The notes beneath the pieces were generated by a model, which was not told the origin of the DNA, did no database searches, and saw nothing but the letters and a program-made list of their open reading frames with translations. From positions 98,554 to 162,553 of the forward strand of contig CBDHHL010000046.1 in the NCBI GenBank assembly GCA_965263355.1: a DNA stretch of 64,000 bases, in the 5' to 3' direction. Below, piece by piece: positions 36,268-44,908 of this stretch. Both the position numbers and the translations under genes were made by a program. This stretch comes from Leptolyngbyaceae cyanobacterium (GTDB taxonomy: Bacteria; Cyanobacteriota; Cyanobacteriia; Phormidesmidales; Phormidesmidaceae). Every line of letters begins with the position of its first letter. The stretch's first letter is position 1.

Positions 36268-37713
36268 ATGGACAACTCGTTTGTTTTAGAGCTGATTAAG
36301 ATTGCTAAAACCAAAACAAAGCTTTTACCGCACCAAGAGCGTGTAGTCGAACGTTTAAAAAGGCCTTCAACTACTGGACTTGTTGTAGCTCATGGTCTTG
36401 GCCGAGGAAAAACTCTTTCCTCTATTGCTGCTCAAGAAGCCCTTGGATTGGATGCTGATGTTGTAGTGCCTGCGGCATTACAAGCCAACTACCTAAAAGA
36501 AGTAGATAAGCACACGGAAAATTCCAAGCTAAGAAGAAACTTAGTTTCTCAACAAAGAGTTTCTCGAGCGAGCCAAGAACTAAGAAATAGAATGTTGATT
36601 GTAGATGAAGCACATAAGGCCAGGGAGACAGGTTCTAAGTTAAAGTCAGAACTTAAAAGGAATGACGCACAAAAGAGGATGCTTTTAACAGCCTCCCCTT
36701 TCTATAATCATCCAGCAGATCTCGCCCCACTTGTAAATCTAGCTTCTGGAGAACGTGTTTTTCCAGAAACTAGGGGGGAGTTTAACAAAGAATATATTAC
36801 AAGACAAAGAATTAGGCCGGGTATTATAGGATTTTTGAGAGGTATAAAATCAGGGACAAAGGAAACTATAAACCCAGCTAAAGTCGAAGAACTTAAAAAT
36901 ATATATAATACTTATGTGGACTATGAGCCAGGTGCCTCAGATGAATTTCCAGATGTAACGGAGGAGACTGTTGAGGTTCCTATGACCAAGAGACAAGGCA
37001 AGATATATGATGCTCTCTTGGGCGCAGCACCTCCTTGGGTGGCTTATAAGGTGAGAAATGGGTTACCGCCTAACAAGCAAGAAGTAGGAGAGCTGAACGC
37101 CTTTTTGAGCGCTGCTAGACAGGTCTCTAATACGACGAAGGCTTATGATGCTAAGAACGCTCCTGAAGCGCCTAAGATTCAAATGGCAGTTAATAGCCTG
37201 CAAGAGATGTTGAATGAGAATCCTAGGAGCAAGGCCGTTGTGTATTCGAACTTTTTGGAGTCTGGAATAGAGCCCTATGCAAATGAGCTTTCTCGTCGAG
37301 GGATTCCTTTTGGGCAATTTACTGGAAAGCAAAAACAAAAAGAACGAGACCAAATGGTGAGAGATTATAATGAAGGTAAGTTGAAAGCGCTGCTCATCTC
37401 TTCTGCGGGAGGTGAGGGCTTGGATTTAAAGGGAACCAGGCTGATGCAAGTATTAGATCCACATTGGAACCATGAGAAACTAAGGCAAGTCAAAGGAAGG
37501 GGTATTAGATATAAAAGCCATGCCGGTCTTCCAGAGGATGAGAGGAATGTGAAGATTGAAAACTATTTAGCTGTACGACCTAACACAGTAATAAACAGGA
37601 TATTAAGCAAAGTAATACCAACCACTTCTTCTGACAAGTATATGAAGTCCATGGCAGATGATAAACAAAATCTAGTTGAACAATTTACAGATATTTTGGA
37701 GTCAAATCGATAG
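36268..37713 (+). CDS. SNF2-family (SF2) helicase/ATPase with an N-terminal FVLELIKIA tag
   Basis: LLPHQ, HGLGRGKT, IVDEAH, LLTASP, GGEGLDL, DPHWN, QVKGRGIR. Confidence 0.9.
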   Translation: MDNSFVLELIKIAKTKTKLLPHQERVVERLKRPSTTGLVVAHGLGRGKTLSSIAAQEALGLDADVVVPAALQANYLKEVDKHTENSKLRRNLVSQQRVSRASQELRNRMLIVDEAHKARETGSKLKSELKRNDAQKRMLLTASPFYNHPADLAPLVNLASGERVFPETRGEFNKEYITRQRIRPGIIGFLRGIKSGTKETINPAKVEELKNIYNTYVDYEPGASDEFPDVTEETVEVPMTKRQGKIYDALLGAAPPWVAYKVRNGLPPNKQEVGELNAFLSAARQVSNTTKAYDAKNAPEAPKIQMAVNSLQEMLNENPRSKAVVYSNFLESGIEPYANELSRRGIPFGQFTGKQKQKERDQMVRDYNEGKLKALLISSAGGEGLDLKGTRLMQVLDPHWNHEKLRQVKGRGIRYKSHAGLPEDERNVKIENYLAVRPNTVINRILSKVIPTTSSDKYMKSMADDKQNLVEQFTDILESNR

Positions 37714-37726
37714 TTAGCCGCTAAGC

Positions 37727-38218
37727 TTAAATTGATAACAAATATCGTTCGTTGGGAGATAAGTTGAGTTGTTGTTCTATTTTGGCGGATTCCTCAACAG
37801 ATGCGTCCTCGTCCAAATACCTTTCCACAGGTATACCAGCTTGCTCAAATTTCTTTAAGGCATTGTCTACGATTTCTTGTTTCTCGGCTCTTGTAGGCTG
37901 GGCTCGACCCGCCAAAGCACCAACACCAGCGCCAGCTAAGCCGCCTATCGATGCACCAATGAGGGCATTTCTAACCCTATTTCTTGGGTCTCGTGTCGAG
38001 AATGAACCGTGTGAAAGTCCTATGCCAGAGCCTACTAGGCCGTTAAGAGCTCCTAAATACCCTGCTGCTTGCAAAGTGCTCGGGGCATCATCCCTCGCTA
38101 CGGCTCGGGCAGCGAGGGCTCCCAGCGCTGCTGAGGCGTTTGGTATGGCAACGAGAGAAGCTGCGCCTAGGCTAGCAGTCTTTTCCCAGTGATTTACTAA
38201 ATCTTTAGCAGAGAACAT
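37727..38218 (-). CDS. WEKTA-family glycine-zipper protein
   Basis: MFSAKDLVNHWEKTA; ARDDAP; RNALIGASIGGLAG. Confidence 0.8.
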   Translation of the reverse strand: MFSAKDLVNHWEKTASLGAASLVAIPNASAALGALAARAVARDDAPSTLQAAGYLGALNGLVGSGIGLSHGSFSTRDPRNRVRNALIGASIGGLAGAGVGALAGRAQPTRAEKQEIVDNALKKFEQAGIPVERYLDEDASVEESAKIEQQLNLSPNERYLLSI

Positions 38219-38257
38219 GTCGAAAAATTAACCCAGAAATGAGAGCCATAAAATTTT

Positions 38258-38293
38258 TTTTGCTTAGTTGTCACTTTAAAAAATATTTTTTAA
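38258..38293. repeat. AT-rich TGTCACTTTAAAAAA element, copy 2
   Basis: Near-identical to 31935-31970. Confidence 0.65.
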
Positions 38294-38314
38294 GATAAGG
38301 CATTTTTGACGTAT

Positions 38315-38343
38315 TGAAATGTTTGGGAGTGTTGTGGAATAAG
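38315..38343 (+). promoter_or_regulatory. Class-A promoter TGAAA-N19-ATAAG
   Basis: Exact match; ATG 7 nt downstream. Confidence 0.8.
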
Positions 38344-38350
38344 AATAGTA

Positions 38351-39049
38351 ATGTCTAACAAACAGTTAATGAACAACGCACTTCAAACAGATGTCGTCAA
38401 AGCCAAAGGAGCGCGACGTTTCACCGAGGAACATGTGTGTGATGTGTGCGGTAACCGTCGCAAATGCTATGAGAAGGAAATAGCGCGCGATGGGAAAGAA
38501 ATACATATTTGCCAAGAATGCTTAGACAAGAATTATCGCACTCTGGCTATCATTTCGGAAGGCTTCCCGCACGATCCAATATTCGATGTCAAAATCCTAG
38601 CATTTTGCGAAACAAACCCCCCAACGATAAAAGAGTTGGAGGAGACATTTGCAGATGAAGACCTCCTCTATACTGTATACATCGGTATGGATTACCACTT
38701 CTATGGGGCTGAAAAGGATAGGGTAGCGATACAACAATCCAATCTCTCTCTTATAAAAAGTATAGAGAAGAGAGAATACGAAGGAGGAGAGTGGTTAATT
38801 CAAACGTTTTTGAGCAAGTTAGGAGAAGGCGAGCAAATTTCCGAGATTGAAAAAGCCTATCTTCAAGGATGGGTGACAATTGCTCACCCTCTTAACGAGG
38901 AAAAACGAATACTCGCAGTATTAGAGGCTCTAGAAATACCATTTGAGGACAAAGACTTTCACAGGAGTACGCATCACATCAGGTACATGCCACTCTCTGA
39001 AACAACAGTCTCAAATCTAGCACTACACTTACTTCATGTCGGCGTTTAG
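38351..39049 (+). CDS. Zn-finger-containing protein (leaderless)
   Basis: CDVC ... ICQEC. Confidence 0.75.
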   Translation: MSNKQLMNNALQTDVVKAKGARRFTEEHVCDVCGNRRKCYEKEIARDGKEIHICQECLDKNYRTLAIISEGFPHDPIFDVKILAFCETNPPTIKELEETFADEDLLYTVYIGMDYHFYGAEKDRVAIQQSNLSLIKSIEKREYEGGEWLIQTFLSKLGEGEQISEIEKAYLQGWVTIAHPLNEEKRILAVLEALEIPFEDKDFHRSTHHIRYMPLSETTVSNLALHLLHVGV

Positions 39050-39114
39050 AAATCAAGCTCCGTAGAATTTGAAAAAGATGATTGATAAATAACAATTTGT
39101 CGTAAGGCAAAAGG

Positions 39115-39142
39115 AGGGGAGGTGTAACACTTCTTTTTAGTA
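39115..39142 (+). terminator. Hairpin plus TTTTTAG
   Basis: GGAGGTGTAACACTTCTTTT, same as at 42634. Confidence 0.7.
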
Positions 39143-39164
39143 TGCAGTTGTTGTGCCATTAAAG

Positions 39165-39193
39165 TGAAATCCGCCTACCATTTGTGTGATAAG
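39165..39193 (+). promoter_or_regulatory. Class-A promoter TGAAA-N19-ATAAG
   Basis: Exact match; no start codon follows. Confidence 0.75.
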
Positions 39194-39199
39194 AATAGT

Positions 39200-39339
39200 A
39201 GCGGAAAAAGATTAACAAATCGCAACCAAATAAACAAAAGAACATCCGCGAGTCCCAAACAAAAAGAAACAAAGTGAACGAAAGTGAACGATGAAAGATG
39301 GGGCGGGGAAGTAAATAAATGCGAGCTTCCTTTAGCTAG
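39200..39339 (+). ncRNA. Putative ~140-nt A-rich small RNA
   Basis: Bounded by a class-A promoter and a GGAAG/CTTCC-TTTAGCTAG terminator; short stems enclose A-rich loops. Confidence 0.6.
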
Positions 39340-39406
39340 TAAGTAGAAATTTATTTACGTCATTTGGAGGGTACAAGATATTTAATTATTATGCGATAAG
39401 AACACT

Positions 39407-39492
39407 ATGAGCACTCACCCCCGAAATAATCAAAAGGCTCGAGAGCGGGAAGGGGTGGATGATGTAAAAACCATTCACTTCTTCTTTAGCTA
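39407..39492 (+). ncRNA. Putative ~85-nt small RNA (or short peptide unit)
   Basis: TACAA-N19-ATAAG upstream; hairpin-TTTAGCTA end. The ATG frame has no stop before the terminator. Confidence 0.45.
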
Positions 39493-39497
39493 TCTAG

Positions 39498-39791
39498 CTA
39501 GATGAAGTCAGCACTTATTTCTAAATTCTGGAAAAATCTGTTGATACTGTCCTGCTGCGCTAGGTCTATTTCACCCCTTGAGCACTCCCAATCCGTTTGT
39601 ATTCGAAGAATTTGACTTTTTAGTCTCTCAGAGGAAAGGGTAATTTTCAGCAAGAGGTACTTGCCCAAATTGGGCTGTATTAAAGAAACGTTCTCTATTT
39701 TCTGTTCCCTGCGAAATAACAAGGCTTCGTTAGTTATTCCGTTAGTTATAGCTAGGAATTCACTCGCTTCAGAGAGTCTCTTGATGTCCAT
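39498..39791 (-). CDS. Hypothetical protein, paralog of 34105
   Basis: LKITLS...LRIQTDWEC...SINRFF. Confidence 0.65.
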   Translation of the reverse strand: MDIKRLSEASEFLAITNGITNEALLFRREQKIENVSLIQPNLGKYLLLKITLSSERLKSQILRIQTDWECSRGEIDLAQQDSINRFFQNLEISADFI

Positions 39792-39971
39792 GAAAAAAAT
39801 TTACTCGCCCAATGTGTCGCTTGTTGACCTGTTCTTCAACAATTGAGTGAAATGGAAGCTGCCCCTGAGTGGCCCTCCTTTGCTTCAACATAATTGACTA
39901 GACCATTCGCCGTAGGACTCGTTACAATCGATAGTAAGTATCTTCTGCCTCTTCTAAATGGCTGGTGCAAA

Positions 39972-40000
39972 TGAAACTGGCAAAGACCTGTTGGGATAAG
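39972..40000 (+). promoter_or_regulatory. Class-A promoter TGAAA-N19-ATAAG
   Basis: Exact match. Confidence 0.75.
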
Positions 40001-40004
40001 AATT

Positions 40005-40102
40005 ATGAAAGGAGAATTTAGAATCGAGGGAGAAAGCAGGTAGCGAAAAGGCCATGGCCGTAAGCTCGAAAGTCCGATGTTGGGGCCTCGCTTTTTAGCT
40101 AG
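40005..40102 (+). ncRNA. Putative ~95-nt small RNA (or 12-aa peptide MKGEFRIEGESR)
   Basis: Lies between the promoter and AGCGA..GGCC/GGCC.TCGCT-TTTTAGCTAG. Confidence 0.5.
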
Positions 40103-40183
40103 TAATACAGTTGGTTGCGTAGCATTTAGGTGACTAGTTCTCTTACCGATAAAATTCTTTAAAAGCTGTGTTAGCCTCTCATC

Positions 40184-40465
40184 ATGAAGAAAGATATCCT
40201 AGAGCAACTTGTTAACTTGATTCCGCGATTTGTGGCTGCTGCCTTCATCATTATGGGCTTTATTGATTTTATTTACGAAACAGGACTGCTCAACTGGGTA
40301 GCTGCTGTCATCCTAATGGCTATAGGTGGTGCATTCCTCTTGTGGCTCTCTTTGAATTTGATTTGGTGGTTCGTTAAACCGGTCATCAATCTGTACAGAA
40401 TTTTAAGGGGCAAAAAGCCGATTACAGATAATCCGTTTGACCGATTGACCGATTGTGGTAGCTAA
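40184..40465 (+). CDS. Two-TM membrane protein
   Basis: Two hydrophobic helices. Confidence 0.7.
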   Translation: MKKDILEQLVNLIPRFVAAAFIIMGFIDFIYETGLLNWVAAVILMAIGGAFLLWLSLNLIWWFVKPVINLYRILRGKKPITDNPFDRLTDCGS

Positions 40466-40702
40466 AAAATTAAAAATTTTTAAGAAAAAATTGTCACTAA
40501 CTCACACAATAATTTTTTATCAGCAAGACCTCTCTCAAAAATTTTTTTAAAAAATCTGAGGAGGTCTTTATTTAAGAACAAGATCCAAGACCTTAACACT
40601 GCGTAGCAGTTTTGGCCCCCCACCTTAGAAGAGTTATAGCCATACTTGATATACGACTTATTGCGGTTGAGGATATTGAGTAACACTGCTACACACACGG
40701 TG

Positions 40703-41197
40703 ATGACTAACGAAAATGCATCATCAATAGACCGCACAACCGATACGATTCCCGACAGCCCTGCGGCTAAACGTCCTATATTCACCGAAGAGCAGATAGA
40801 GCAAATGTTGGGGCTCTTCTTGGGGGCGATCGTCAGCTCAAGAATGCTAATGATGGACGAATTTCTCCAAGGCTCTGCGACTACCCAAGAGCTTACAGAG
40901 CGTATCGATGAATTCACCCACTACCAAATATGCTGGGTAGAGGAGCAATTACGTCACCGCTTTAACTTGCCCCAAGAAAAAGTACAGGAATTGCTGGTGA
41001 AACAAACGAAAGCTACTCAATACTCTGTATTGAAGGAAATAGCGGAAATGGGCCTGAGGGACCTGTTAAGGTCTAAAAAGCCCGGCGAGATGGAGAATCC
41101 GTTGGATAGTCTTTATGAGAAAGACCTTAGAGAGACTATAGAGCTGCTTAATTCCAAGGCCCCGAAGCAGGAGCTGAAAACAGACCGAAGTTCTTAG
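40703..41197 (+). CDS. Hypothetical protein
   Basis: ORF from ATG 40703. Confidence 0.65.
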   Translation: MTNENASSIDRTTDTIPDSPAAKRPIFTEEQIEQMLGLFLGAIVSSRMLMMDEFLQGSATTQELTERIDEFTHYQICWVEEQLRHRFNLPQEKVQELLVKQTKATQYSVLKEIAEMGLRDLLRSKKPGEMENPLDSLYEKDLRETIELLNSKAPKQELKTDRSS

Positions 41198-41459
41198 CGA
41201 CAACTTCCTTTATTTTGTCGTTGTTGATTCCGTGACCGAAGGGCCCACGAAATATGTACCCCTTCTGTAGCAGCTCCTCTTCAATACTCTTTTCCATCTG
41301 AGGAACCTCTACTGCAATTACGTGGTCCCTACTCCGAGACACTTGCATGGCCCGCCCCATCCAATCGATGAGAACCTTAAAAGCTTCCGTGCTCAGGTCC
41401 AACATCCTGGCGCCGTCCTCTAGGGAACTAGCAATGGGCGGTAATTCATCTTGTTGCAT
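41148..41459 (-). CDS. Winged-helix-like protein, paralog of 21523
   Basis: ARMLDLSTEAFKVLIDW...ELLQKGYI. Confidence 0.65.
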   Translation of the reverse strand: MQQDELPPIASSLEDGARMLDLSTEAFKVLIDWMGRAMQVSRSRDHVIAVEVPQMEKSIEEELLQKGYIFRGPFGHGINNDKIKEVVAKNFGLFSAPASGPWN

Positions 41460-41505
41460 GGCTATTGATTAACACGCTCAAGTGCATTGCTGTACTGCGT
41501 CAAAG

Positions 41506-41534
41506 TGAAATTGGTGTGAGTTTATTGGTATAAG
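41506..41534 (+). promoter_or_regulatory. Class-A promoter TGAAA-N19-ATAAG
   Basis: Exact match; no ATG at +6/+7. Confidence 0.75.
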
Positions 41535-41540
41535 TATATT

Positions 41541-41735
41541 GAGGCCAAAAAGAGAACGGCCACACTCAAAAACCATTGCGGGGGGCGCGTATCCGCAAAT
41601 AACCAAAAGGAACCAATGAATAAGAAACACGCGAAGTCCGAATGATGCAAATAGCGGGCGAGAGAAGTAGCAAATCCGAAAGGTGCGCTCAAGGCTACCA
41701 AGGCCAAGTCCCACAAGGAGCTTCTCTTTAGCTAG
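41541..41735 (+). ncRNA. Putative ~195-nt multi-hairpin A-rich small RNA
   Basis: GGCC/GGCC, TTGCGG/CCGCAA and GAGAAG/CTTCTC stems; ends GAGCTTCTCTTTAGCTAG like the 39200 RNA. Confidence 0.6.
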
Positions 41736-42181
41736 TACCTACTTTTTCCCTAGACCGACTAGCAAAGATATGGACCCGTCTTAGAGGCTGGACCAAGACC
41801 AATTTAGACGATTACTTGCAAAACCGGTGTTAGCGATGCGTATACGCTATTTGTCAGTATAATGAGGAACAAGGCCTTGGACGATGTGCACAAGAGACCC
41901 CATGTCTATATTGCAGATCGTTCAGAACAGCTCGGTAACCAAACGCCCCTTGCTCAATCGCACGTAACGAAGCGAACCAAAACGAGAAGCGTGCTCTACT
42001 TTGTGAGCTATGCTCTTAGCCACAGAAACGCGGCTACGCCAAGCCCCATCAAAGTTCTCTAATTCACACGTATTATGCGCACCAGGGCCATATTCGTATG
42101 TAGCACTCTTTACACGCACAAAGTAAATATCGGTAGTGCTAAACGCTTTCATTGCTTTAAGCACTACCACGTAAAAGAGAT

Positions 42182-42197
42182 AATGACACGTGTCATT
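42182..42197. promoter_or_regulatory. Palindrome AATGACACGTGTCATT
   Basis: Third exact copy, 4 nt upstream of a class-A TGAAA box. Confidence 0.75.
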
Positions 42198-42201
42198 GCT
42201 G

Positions 42202-42230
42202 TGAAACTACGCACCCAATATCGGGATAAG
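42202..42230 (+). promoter_or_regulatory. Class-A promoter TGAAA-N19-ATAAG
   Basis: Exact match; GTG 6 nt downstream. Confidence 0.8.
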
Positions 42231-42236
42231 AATTAG

Positions 42237-42593
42237 GTGAATACAAAGGCTAAAAGCCCACCAAATGGCGTCTCTGAAGCCGACGTCCTCGCCTACGACC
42301 TAGACGAGCTCGTGAAAACAATGAAACTCACGAAGCTGACAGAAGCCCAACGGAAAAGACTCAGAACAAAGATTGAGAAGCTAGACAAAGCAACCGAAGG
42401 CGCGACCTTGGGAAGATCCGTGAAGGTGGTATGCGACCTCTCAAGCGGTAACGTGAGAGAAGACGTAGAAACGCCCGCAATAAAATGGGCAAAGCGGATA
42501 GGAGTCGTAGCAGCAGCCCTAGCAATTGGTGGATTCACAGTCTGGGCGGCCATGAAAGCCGCTGAAATAGCCGAGCAGCACCTCGTAGACTAA
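42237..42593 (+). CDS. C-terminal TM protein (leaderless)
   Basis: IGVVAAALAIGGFTVWAAM. Confidence 0.75.
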   Translation: MNTKAKSPPNGVSEADVLAYDLDELVKTMKLTKLTEAQRKRLRTKIEKLDKATEGATLGRSVKVVCDLSSGNVREDVETPAIKWAKRIGVVAAALAIGGFTVWAAMKAAEIAEQHLVD

Positions 42594-42630
42594 CTGCTGG
42601 GCCTCGTGCTGGAGGCCTGGCCCCTAACAG

Positions 42631-42657
42631 AAAGGAGGTGTAACACTTCTTTTAGCC
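42631..42657 (+). terminator. Hairpin plus TTTTAGCC
   Basis: AAAGGAGGTG-TAA-CACTTCTTTT. Confidence 0.75.
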
Positions 42658-43056
42658 AGTAATTTGAAATTTGAGGAGTATAAAATTTTCGTGTGGTAAA
42701 CCGGTGAGCCTACCGTGTCCCGTGTCTGATAGTGGTAGCAGTAGAAGTTGTCGTAGTAGTGGTGATGATAGAGGAAGGGGAGGGGGGAAGTGTTCTGTGT
42801 CTAGCGATGGTGATGTTCTGTGTTTAGTGTGTCTAGAGTCTAGGGAGGTATAAGAGGTTGTTGCTCACGCCTTTAGTGCCCGGTCCGTCTAAATTTTTCT
42901 TTGGGGTACTGGATAAGAACTTGTCTATTCTACTCTTGGGTCTATTAAGGCAATTTAGTTGCTTACGCTTTTAAGCCGCGGTCGTCCGAAAAAATCCTGT
43001 AGTGTTTGCCAATAAAACTTCACGACAACTCCATATAGTACTGCTATTAAGAGTCT

Positions 43057-43230
43057 ATGAAACCAAAACACATCACTTGGTGCCTTGCAGGCCTTGCTAT
43101 TTGCATACTCCTCATGAATTTAGCTTTAAATATTGTATTCGAAGATCTTTGGGAGCGCATTGACCATCTAGAGCAAAAGGTTGAGTTGCTTACGCCTTCA
43201 AGCTGCGACCTTCCTCGGAAAAAGGGCTAA
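43057..43230 (+). CDS. 57-aa single-TM coiled-coil protein (not in the ORF track)
   Basis: MKPKHITWCLAGLAICILLMNLAL...RIDHLEQKVELL; TAATG coupling to the next gene. Confidence 0.65.
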   Translation: MKPKHITWCLAGLAICILLMNLALNIVFEDLWERIDHLEQKVELLTPSSCDLPRKKG

Positions 43231-43415
43231 TGATGAACGAACTTCAACTATCTCGTTGCGTTGTAGGCCTAGCCATCGTGCTTCTGCTTTCTATTTTTGC
43301 CTCTATCTACAAACATGACCAACAAAGGTTACAACTAGAACAACTTGAAAAGAGACTTCAAGTTGTTATTGAAGGGTGCTTGTCTCAGGAGGAGAAGTCA
43401 TGCGTGAAGAGATAA
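43230..43415 (+). CDS. Single-TM coiled-coil protein
   Basis: TM followed by RLQLEQLEKRL. Confidence 0.65.
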   Translation: MMNELQLSRCVVGLAIVLLLSIFASIYKHDQQRLQLEQLEKRLQVVIEGCLSQEEKSCVKR

Positions 43416-43576
43416 ATGATGCTGCCACAGTTTTGTTACTCGGAATAGGTCTGATGCTAGGTGTTTGTATTATTGTTGGGACGTTTATGGCGACAGAGTA
43501 CAAAAACCAGGTCATAGAAGCAGTGAAGATTCACTGCTCAGACCCTAAAACCGACGTAAAACACACTCTGGATTGA
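43400..43576 (+). CDS. Single-TM protein
   Basis: GGAGGAG SD; TM segment. Confidence 0.65.
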   Translation: MREEINDAATVLLLGIGLMLGVCIIVGTFMATEYKNQVIEAVKIHCSDPKTDVKHTLD

Positions 43577-44057
43577 AACAAGAATCAACAAACCTCATCA
43601 TCCTCCCCGATAACTGACCCATAAAACCAATAGGGACGAGTCGCTCATCTTCGTAGTACCAATAATCAGGAGGAATGACTGGACCACAATTCTCTAAAGC
43701 CCTCCCTCTATCAATTTGGAAAAGCTTATTTATATCTTCAAGCCGCATATGGGGAATTAAACATTGTGGACGCGATGGACGTAATCCTTGCAAAGGCGGA
43801 TCTTCGTCCAAAGCTAAATAATACACGGTAAACGGGGTGCTACCGAAGCGACACTCTCGACAAGGCAATCTTTTTAAAGCCTCTTTTCGTATTTTTGGCT
43901 CATACCAATAGGGTGAAGCCTCTTCCACCTCGACCTTGGCATCAAAATGCTCCTCTTCTGGGCCTTTTTGGAACAATTCCATGGCCTCATTTACAGCCGA
44001 ATCCTTGTTTAGTGATGCACTATGGTACTCGAATACGAGCCGAACCTTAAAAGACAT
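43545..44057 (-). CDS. Hypothetical protein
   Basis: 170-aa ORF. Confidence 0.65.
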   Translation of the reverse strand: MSFKVRLVFEYHSASLNKDSAVNEAMELFQKGPEEEHFDAKVEVEEASPYWYEPKIRKEALKRLPCRECRFGSTPFTVYYLALDEDPPLQGLRPSRPQCLIPHMRLEDINKLFQIDRGRALENCGPVIPPDYWYYEDERLVPIGFMGQLSGRMMRFVDSCFNPECVLRRF

Positions 44058-44130
44058 GCCAAACTACTCTCGCACATGAAAAAACAAAGCAAGTATGACT
44101 CGGGTCATGCTTTGAAATACACTGTGCAAC

Positions 44131-44343
44131 ATGAACGAACATCCGCTCGTGTACACGCTTTGGTCCATGTGTTTGTTTTGTATGTTTGGGTACTTTATGT
44201 ACCTGGACGATATGCAGACTATTAGAAACAATCAGTTAAGAGTAAGGCTGGTTACGCTAGAAACGAAACACAAGGCGCTGGTAGCAGAGTATATTCACTC
44301 TGTACCAGCGAAAAAGCCCTGCGAATGTACTTGTGAGGACTAA
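44131..44343 (+). CDS. Single-TM coiled-coil protein with a Cys-rich tail
   Basis: TM, RLVTLETK, PCECTC. Confidence 0.6.
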   Translation: MNEHPLVYTLWSMCLFCMFGYFMYLDDMQTIRNNQLRVRLVTLETKHKALVAEYIHSVPAKKPCECTCED

Positions 44344-44526
44344 TCAGAGAAGGGGAATGAGTCTAGAGGGGATTATTTTTTCTTGTTGGACCAAGAGATG
44401 CATTCTCCGATCTCATTTCTTTTGACGCACCATTTGTTATAATCGTAGTTCTTTTGAGTTGATGCACAACCCATGTAAAAGGAACATACTAAAACTATTG
44501 CAACTATCTTTATCATTTGTTTTCTC

Positions 44527-44739
44527 CTAATCATTCCATGCTGCATTTGCAGCGTCTACGCGCCTAGCTCGACTTGCGCAATCGCAGTCTACCGGGCGCG
44601 GTTTAATTTGCTCGTTGCTGCATCGCAGAACGCAGTTCCTATAAACTGTTTGAGCACTTCTACTCAACTGGCTAATAGGTGTTTGGCAAGAGCTGAAGGC
44701 CAAAAAGGCTAACAGAGCAAGCCATTTTGTGGTTTGCAT
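44527..44739 (-). CDS. Small Cys-rich lipoprotein
   Basis: MQTTKWLALLAFLAFSSC lipobox; CVLRC, CDC. Confidence 0.65.
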   Translation of the reverse strand: MQTTKWLALLAFLAFSSCQTPISQLSRSAQTVYRNCVLRCSNEQIKPRPVDCDCASRARRVDAANAAWND

Positions 44740-44908
44740 AAACACAACAAACACCAATTTATTTTCGGACTCAAGCAACAGCACTGTGAAGCTTCAGTAT
44801 CACTAATTAGTCACAAGTGTTCCTGCCCAAGACCTACCCGCACGGCCAATCAGCAACAATCATGTCGATAAGATTTCCTCGCAAGTAACTTTGCTATATC
44901 CTTGCTCA

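Noticed and set aside
41478..41716. Two short minus-strand ORFs
   Set aside because: They are antisense to a complete plus-strand promoter-terminator unit and have no recognisable protein features.
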